This document shows, piece by piece, positions 7,380 to 12,317 of a stretch of 12,317 nucleotides of DNA. Each line of letters begins with the position of its first letter. The first letter of the stretch is position 1. This stretch comes from Promethearchaeota archaeon (GTDB taxonomy: Archaea; Asgardarchaeota; Lokiarchaeia; Sigyniarchaeales; SOKP01), in contig JAHPZI010000025.1 in NCBI GenBank assembly GCA_019058295.1, positions 1 to 12,317 on the forward strand, read 5' to 3'. Position numbers and translations under genes: made by a program. A model generated the notes under the pieces. That model made no database searches, was not told the origin of the DNA, and saw nothing but the letters and a program-made list of their open reading frames with translations.

Positions 7380-8831
7380 CTAATATATGGAATTTAAATT
7401 AGGAGTTTCCCCAAAGACTTTACTAAAGCAATTACAGCAGGGAATTCCAAAATTTACTTTAAGACTTTTCTCTTTTTTTTTAAAATTGGAAATTTGAATC
7501 AAATTATTCCTTATTTCTATTTTAGAATTATCATAATAGAAATCAATAAGATATTTCTCATGATTCTTAGTACCACATATGGGGCAAGTCCTATAATTTA
7601 AAATAAAATTCTGAATTTGATTTAAATCAGAAAACTTCCCTTGAATATTTCGAACTATTTTATAACATTCTTCACAAGGAATTCCAAAATAATAATTATC
7701 ATCATTTAATTCATCTAAATGTTCAGCTTCATTCATTTTTTCCAATAAGATCTCTTTAAAAAAAATAAATTTAGAGTAGAAATAGAATTTTTCGCAATTT
7801 GCTTGATTAAGATTCTTTTCTTGACAGATGGGGCATTTTGAATAGAAGTTTTGAAAAATTTGAAAATCCTTTAACATTTCATTTTTTAAATTAGAGATAC
7901 ATGTTTGTAGACAAGCACTCTTCACTCGTTCAAAAGTCTCATGAGTTAAAAAAAGATGTATTCGATTAGCTGAATCCTTATATTCCTTCATCTCATGGCT
8001 AATTTTATATTGCTTAAAAAACTTTAAGATTAATCTTTTAGCTTTGTAATAAAATTCTCTTCGCATCTTATCATAAAAATCCCGATTGTATCTAAATAAC
8101 ATTTCAAAATGCTTATTATGAATACAATAATTTATAAGCTCACTAAAATTGTATTCATATTTGTAATTCAGCTTGATTTTTCTCAATTCATTAAAAAGTT
8201 TAATTTTTATTGAGCTTTTTTTTAATTGATTTATTTTCCTCCTATATAATATATCTAAAAATCCTAATTTTTTCGGTATAGGCTCGTGCCAAAGACTATT
8301 GTTTATTGCAATGAAATTAACTCTCAGTGGAAAATTTTCTTCGTAGTTAAATAATTCGCTTACAAATTTTTGGATAAAATCATTATCCTCATTAAGAAAA
8401 TATTCTTTTGCAATCTCAGCTAAATTTAAATTGAGTTTGATTAAATGTACTAAACTCATGATGATTTCATGGCAAAAGGACTCCCAAATATATCTCCTTA
8501 ATGCCCCATATCTCATATCTTTCCATCTATAATAGCCTAACTTGAATATTTTATAAAGATAAATCAAAAGAATTCCATCGTTAAAATTAAACTCGAATGC
8601 TGGATACTTTATAAATCCCTTTTCGGTATTGTGCCATTGATTACCTCCTACATAGAATTTTACGCCATTTATAACTTCATTTAATCTATTAACTGTTTTA
8701 TCGTCGAATTTTTCAATAATTCTCTCAAACATCTGAAAATTAATCAGATTATTCGTATCGATAAAAAAAGTACATCGATTAGGATAAAAAATTGTAGTAT
8801 TAGCTTGTTTCTTATTTTTATTCTTAACCAT
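7380..8831 (-). CDS. Hypothetical protein with two tandem C-terminal Cys4 (CPIC...GIPCxxC) putative Zn-binding modules and an N-terminal HE-containing zincin-like motif
   Basis: 483-aa open frame in AT-rich DNA; C333PIC336...FGIPC386EEC389 and C416PIC419...FGIPC465CNC468; FCH121E122IIM. Confidence 0.8.
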   Translation of the reverse strand: MVKNKNKKQANTTIFYPNRCTFFIDTNNLINFQMFERIIEKFDDKTVNRLNEVINGVKFYVGGNQWHNTEKGFIKYPAFEFNFNDGILLIYLYKIFKLGYYRWKDMRYGALRRYIWESFCHEIIMSLVHLIKLNLNLAEIAKEYFLNEDNDFIQKFVSELFNYEENFPLRVNFIAINNSLWHEPIPKKLGFLDILYRRKINQLKKSSIKIKLFNELRKIKLNYKYEYNFSELINYCIHNKHFEMLFRYNRDFYDKMRREFYYKAKRLILKFFKQYKISHEMKEYKDSANRIHLFLTHETFERVKSACLQTCISNLKNEMLKDFQIFQNFYSKCPICQEKNLNQANCEKFYFYSKFIFFKEILLEKMNEAEHLDELNDDNYYFGIPCEECYKIVRNIQGKFSDLNQIQNFILNYRTCPICGTKNHEKYLIDFYYDNSKIEIRNNLIQISNFKKKEKSLKVNFGIPCCNCFSKVFGETPNLNSIY

Positions 8832-8935
8832 CTTTCTTGTAAATTAATAGATAATCATCTATTTAATAATTATTTTTTAAAAAAATACAATAAATAAAAG
8901 AATAAATCAAAAAAAAAGTAAGAAAATAAAAAATT

Positions 8936-10180
8936 TTACTCTATTTTAAGCCCATATTTTTCGAATACTTTTGCCAGTTGATCTTTTGCGAAGTTTCTCA
9001 TAAGGTCATCCATTTTTACCATAATATCCTCTTTCTTAGTCGTTCTATTATTACTTATCCTTCCTGTGGGAATTTGGGTTAAATCATGAGCCCAACTATA
9101 CTCATCATTAAACGTAAACCATGTCTCTTTATACCCTTTCTGTTGTCCTCCATCTTTCGCTAAGGGTTTTTCTTCAATTGGTACATCTGGATCTGGAGCA
9201 TAACACCAGTCAAGAATAACCCATTCTAGCCCACGCTCGCTATCAGGGCGATCAGCTAAATAAAGACACCATGCATGACCTCCCAACTCAGTATTAGATG
9301 GAGCAAACACAGGATCAGTTAGCACTCCACCTCCAGCAACCTTTACTCTAAAAGATGGAATTCCGGCATTTATTAATAAGCTGGCGGTTAAAATCGCTCC
9401 ATCCTCACAGTCACCAATCCCAGATTGAATCGATTCAAATGGAAACTGCCAGAATTCGGGAACTTCTGCTGTTTCCTCATCATATTTATACTTAAAGAAC
9501 CCGTTTACAAAATCTTGTATGGTTAATGCAGTTTCATTAAAAGATCCTTTTAACAGTTGAGCTTGCTCAATTACATGGGCAAGAATGGCATCATTATTTT
9601 TAATAAATGATTTAACATCCGCATCAATTTGTTTATAATATTCCTCTCCTCTTAAAGCTCTACCGGTATATATAATAGGTGCTTTTTCATATTTATCATT
9701 CCAATAATCTGGTCCATACTCTCCATAATCTTCCTCGGGCTTTTTAGCTGGTGTTTTTTTAGGTGTTTTTTTCTTTGGCGTTGTTTTCTTTTTTGGTGTA
9801 GTTCCTGATGTTAATGCTGTTGCCTGTTGAATCCAATTATTTAAATCATTCAAAGTAGGCATTTTACTAGCTAATTCCTTTTTAAATTCTTTCATTCTTT
9901 CTAATGTATTCTTAGCATTTCTTTGAGCAAATTCTTTGACTGAATCAATCCCAATTTTATTTAATACGTTCGCAATTTTGTCTCCGACACCGTCTATCCT
10001 CATTAAATCCGCGAGTTCTTGAAATGTATCTATCATTTTTACTGGAATTCCCGTTTTTTTTGCTAACTTCGACATTTGACTCTTAGTTAAATTTAGTAGA
10101 TCCTCAATCTGGGAGTATCCTTCTTTTATTAGTAAGTTTGCGTACTTTTTACTAATTGCTTCTACATCCTTAATATTCAT
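8936..10180 (-). CDS. DUF4332-type tandem helix-hairpin-helix domain + Lys/Thr/Pro-rich linker + transglutaminase-like (BTLCP/LapG-like) cysteine protease domain
   Basis: aa 1-123: IKDVEAISKKYANLL..EG...IEDLL / ADLMRIDGVGDKIANVLNKIGIDSVKEFAQRNA / MPTLNDLNNWIQQA (DUF4332 pattern). C-terminal YKYD...EFWQFPFESIQSGIGDC258EDGAIL, GGH302AW, WVILD324W form a Cys-His-Asp triad. Confidence 0.85.
   Translation of the reverse strand: MNIKDVEAISKKYANLLIKEGYSQIEDLLNLTKSQMSKLAKKTGIPVKMIDTFQELADLMRIDGVGDKIANVLNKIGIDSVKEFAQRNAKNTLERMKEFKKELASKMPTLNDLNNWIQQATALTSGTTPKKKTTPKKKTPKKTPAKKPEEDYGEYGPDYWNDKYEKAPIIYTGRALRGEEYYKQIDADVKSFIKNNDAILAHVIEQAQLLKGSFNETALTIQDFVNGFFKYKYDEETAEVPEFWQFPFESIQSGIGDCEDGAILTASLLINAGIPSFRVKVAGGGVLTDPVFAPSNTELGGHAWCLYLADRPDSERGLEWVILDWCYAPDPDVPIEEKPLAKDGGQQKGYKETWFTFNDEYSWAHDLTQIPTGRISNNRTTKKEDIMVKMDDLMRNFAKDQLAKVFEKYGLKIE
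9740..9802 (-). repeat. Low-complexity coding repeat TTPKKK-TTPKKK-TPKK-TPAKK
   Basis: Read directly from the translation; synonymous codons vary between copies (ACA CCA AAA AAG / ACG CCA AAG AAA / ACA CCT AAA AAA). Confidence 0.9.
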
Positions 10181-10364
10181 TTTATATTCCCGTTAGTTTT
10201 AATAAGAAATTATGTTAGCATTCCTTTAAAATATATATGAATCCTGAATAATCCGTATGAGTTCAAAGAATTAATAAAAATTATGATTTCTAAATATATT
10301 TAGATCTTATTTGAATGAATTAAGTATACAATTACAAATTTTTATAAGTGTGGAGGGAGTGGGA

Positions 10365-10394
10365 AATCCGAAACTCGAGGAGATCTCGAAGATT
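10365..10394 (-). other. tRNA intron 2, 30 nt, T-loop position 59/60 (near-canonical BHB)
   Basis: Outer helix = T stem GTGGG/CCCAC, central helix TTCG/CGGA, bulges AA^A and TT^T, internal hairpin TTCGAG-ATCTC-CTCGAG. Removal restores the 7-nt T-loop TTCGAAT. Confidence 0.9.
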
Positions 10395-10441
10395 TTCGAA
10401 CCCACGAAGGCCTTTGCCACTGGATCTTAAGTCCAGCACCT

Positions 10442-10469
10442 ATGATCGGTCTTGACCCATCAAGATCGT
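10442..10469 (-). other. tRNA intron 1, 28 nt, D-loop position 21/22 (relaxed BHB)
   Basis: Central helix GGTC/GATC, bulges AA^A and AT^A, internal hairpin TCTTGA-TGGG-TCAAGA. Removal restores the typical archaeal Leu D-arm GAGCCTGGTCAAAGG. Confidence 0.85.
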
Positions 10470-10523
10470 TTGACCAGGCTCGGTAATCCCTCCGGTTATT
10501 TTATACCAGAAAGAATGTTGAAA

Positions 10524-10543
10524 TCTTACTAAAGCGATTTTTT
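10524..10543 (-). promoter_or_regulatory. Candidate BRE + TATA-like box for the tRNA gene
   Basis: Minus strand reads AAAAAATCGC-TTTAGTAAG about 30-50 nt upstream of the mature 5' end. The AT-rich background makes this weak. Confidence 0.3.
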
Positions 10544-10764
10544 CTTACTTAGCTAACAAGAACATTAATTTAAAATATAATGTTTGATTTAAAATTTTTT
10601 CTTTACTATAGATTTAAATAAACATAACAAGATCTTAAAATAGTGATATAAATTAATACAGCAAAAATTTTATATAAATGTAGAGATAATTCTAATTTAA
10701 ACAATTTTTACAAAAAAAATATTAAAAATATCTTAAAAATATCGGAAATAACGAGTGTATTGTT

Positions 10765-11142
10765 TTGCCTGTTGGAATTTTGATAATTAGATGGGATAAT
10801 GAAATCGGACCAATAAACGAGGGATTTTATCCTAATAACTTGAAAATTACGAATAATCTGCTTACACAGGTATATAGTAGCCACAGATATCAATCTTTAA
10901 AACCTGGTTTTGCGTCCATCTCACTTAAAAATAATAAAGTTGTCTCGTTTTTTTCTGGAATTGGTGAGGATTATATCTCTGTTGAGAATTACGTAATTGC
11001 TCTTTTGCTGCGTCGAGATGAAAAACCACACAGGTATAGGGAAATTTTAAAAAAGATTGCGGCAGAACTTCTAGATAAAATTACAGATGGATCTTATGCT
11101 GAGGTTTTACCTGAATTATACAAGGAATTAGCAAAAGTATAA
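10765..11142 (+). CDS. Stand-alone longin/uDENN-like domain protein (putative eukaryotic signature protein)
   Basis: N-terminal GILIIRWDNEIGP....FYP matches the (F/W)Dxx.GP....(Y)P signature of uDENN/longin domains. Apparent beta-beta-alpha-beta-beta-beta-alpha-alpha order over 125 aa. TTG start with GAGTG upstream. Confidence 0.7.
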   Translation: MPVGILIIRWDNEIGPINEGFYPNNLKITNNLLTQVYSSHRYQSLKPGFASISLKNNKVVSFFSGIGEDYISVENYVIALLLRRDEKPHRYREILKKIAAELLDKITDGSYAEVLPELYKELAKV

Positions 11143-11229
11143 TTTTTAAAATATAATTTATATTTTTAGCAGCTTTTTTACTTAATTAATAAGATATAGC
11201 TTGAATAAAAGTTAAATAAAGAAATTAGA

Positions 11230-12231
11230 TTAAAATTCTATTTTTTTTATATTTCCATCGTCACTCATTTCGATAGCTCCGATTTTTACTAAACGAGCAA
11301 TATCTTTCCTAATTGTTACAATTGGGGCACCCACAGCGGCTCTTAGGTCATCTATAGGAATTGTTCCAACATCCTGGATTATAAAAAAAGATTTAAAAAT
11401 CGGATCCTCTTCCATGATGGGTCGTAATTTTTCAAGGTAAAATATTTTTGAATAATTCTCTTCTTTAAAATATTTTAAATCAGCCATACCTGTTTCTTGA
11501 CTTTTAATTGTTGCTTTAAACTCCTTGTTCTTTTCGTTTAATTCATTTAATGTGCTCTTCAATTCATTATAACTTTCAGCCATATCTTTGGCTTCAGCGA
11601 TTTTATCTTCAAACCCAATTTTTTGATCTATTAATTGAGATTCCAATTTTGTAATATCTTGTTTTAGTTTTTGCCTTTCTTCAGAATGTTTGATTTTTAG
11701 CTCATCATATTCCTGTTTAGAAATTCCTCCTTTTATATCTTCTATTTGTTGTTTTAAAACATCAGCCTGAGATTCTGCTTCTTTTATTCTATTTTCTAAT
11801 GTTTTTAATATTTCATTTTTACCACTAATCTCTGCATCTTTCTTAGCCAATTCTGTTTTCAAGGCTCCAATTGTTTCAATTGCTCCCTCTAATTTTAATT
11901 GCTGTGGATTTTTTTGTAGTAAATATGTTTGTAACTCTTTTTGAGCTTGAACCATCGAACCTTTTACCTGGTCTAACTCTAAATCCTTATCTTTAATTAT
12001 AGCTCTCTGTTCGCCTATTATTCTTTTTAATTCAATTATATCATCCGGAAGATCATCTATTTCGGATAATTTTAATTTTTGGGTGTCTAAGAGAGCTGTC
12101 TGTTGACTTATGATTTTCTTCTGTCTTTCGACTAATTCAGTTAACCGGCTTATTTTTTCTTCTATTCGCGCTTGAGCATCTTGCGATAGTTCAAGTGCAT
12201 CAATACTTTTCTTTAAATCTTTTTTAGCCAT
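11230..12231 (-). CDS. Long coiled-coil protein with C-terminal winged helix-turn-helix domain
   Basis: About 260 aa of E/K/Q/L-rich heptads, then DPIFKSFFIIQDVGTIPIDDLRAAVGAPIVTIRKDIARLVKIGAIEMSDDGNIK (wHTH pattern with wing). Confidence 0.82.
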   Translation of the reverse strand: MAKKDLKKSIDALELSQDAQARIEEKISRLTELVERQKKIISQQTALLDTQKLKLSEIDDLPDDIIELKRIIGEQRAIIKDKDLELDQVKGSMVQAQKELQTYLLQKNPQQLKLEGAIETIGALKTELAKKDAEISGKNEILKTLENRIKEAESQADVLKQQIEDIKGGISKQEYDELKIKHSEERQKLKQDITKLESQLIDQKIGFEDKIAEAKDMAESYNELKSTLNELNEKNKEFKATIKSQETGMADLKYFKEENYSKIFYLEKLRPIMEEDPIFKSFFIIQDVGTIPIDDLRAAVGAPIVTIRKDIARLVKIGAIEMSDDGNIKKIEF

Positions 12232-12317
12232 CGTTATTTATTTTATTCCTTTAATTTTAAAATCAATTTTAATATTTCATTATAGGAGATGGATTTATTT
12301 ATTTTTTTCCATCAAAT

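Larger units (their letters stand above)
10351..10493 (-). tRNA. tRNA-Leu(UAA) with two non-canonical introns; exons 10493-10470, 10441-10395, 10364-10351
   Basis: Spliced 85-nt product GGAGGGATTACCGAGCCTGGTCAA|AGGTGCTGGACTTAAGATCCAGTGGCAAAGGCCTTCGTGGGTTCGAA|TCCCACTCCCTCCA. Acceptor stem GGAGGGA/TCCCTCC, D stem ACC/GGT, anticodon stem CTGGA/TCCAG with loop CT-TAA-GA (anticodon 10429-10427), long variable arm GGC-AAAG-GCC, T arm GTGGG-TTCGAAT-CCCAC, discriminator A73. CCA is not encoded. Confidence 0.95.

Noticed and set aside
1-10180. LapA/LapG-like adhesin-release system (surface protein plus GDCED protease)
   Set aside because: The protease has no export signal and carries HhH domains, the genes are >5 kb apart with unrelated genes between, and no LapD-like receptor is present
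7380-10364. Possible integrated element downstream of tRNA-Leu
   Set aside because: No duplicate of the tRNA 3' end (att site), integrase or other mobility gene seen in the window
10708-10893. 61-aa - strand ORF
   Set aside because: Overlaps the longin-like gene antisense; low-complexity AT-rich tail
12280-12317. Possible gene start (+, ATG 12289) or gene end (-, ...LMEKNK*) at the right edge
   Set aside because: Too little sequence to support either reading

Overview
AT-rich archaeal chromosomal window, most consistent with an Asgard archaeon (Lokiarchaeia-like). This is an inference from an archaeal-type intron-containing tRNA, an archaeal-type SepF, a stand-alone longin/uDENN-like protein and Loki-style Ig repeats. 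The supplied ORF track misses the two most notable features. (1) A >=1117-aa secreted/surface protein on the minus strand (start 3353, runs off the left edge). It has three ~285-aa units, each a LamG/ConA-like lectin domain apparently inserted into an Ig-like domain, followed by ~100-aa cadherin-like repeats. (2) A tRNA-Leu(UAA) gene (10493..10351, minus strand) interrupted by two non-canonical bulge-helix-bulge introns, in the D-loop (21/22) and T-loop (59/60), with none at the canonical 37/38 site. The other genes encode SepF, a nitroreductase, a PAP2 phosphatase, a thiolase, a hypothetical protein with a degenerate zincin-like motif and two Cys4 modules, an unusual DUF4332(HhH)-(TPKK)n-transglutaminase-like protease fusion, a longin-like protein, and a coiled-coil protein with a C-terminal winged helix. 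No mobile element or CRISPR array was seen. All family assignments come from motif recognition by eye, not database searches.
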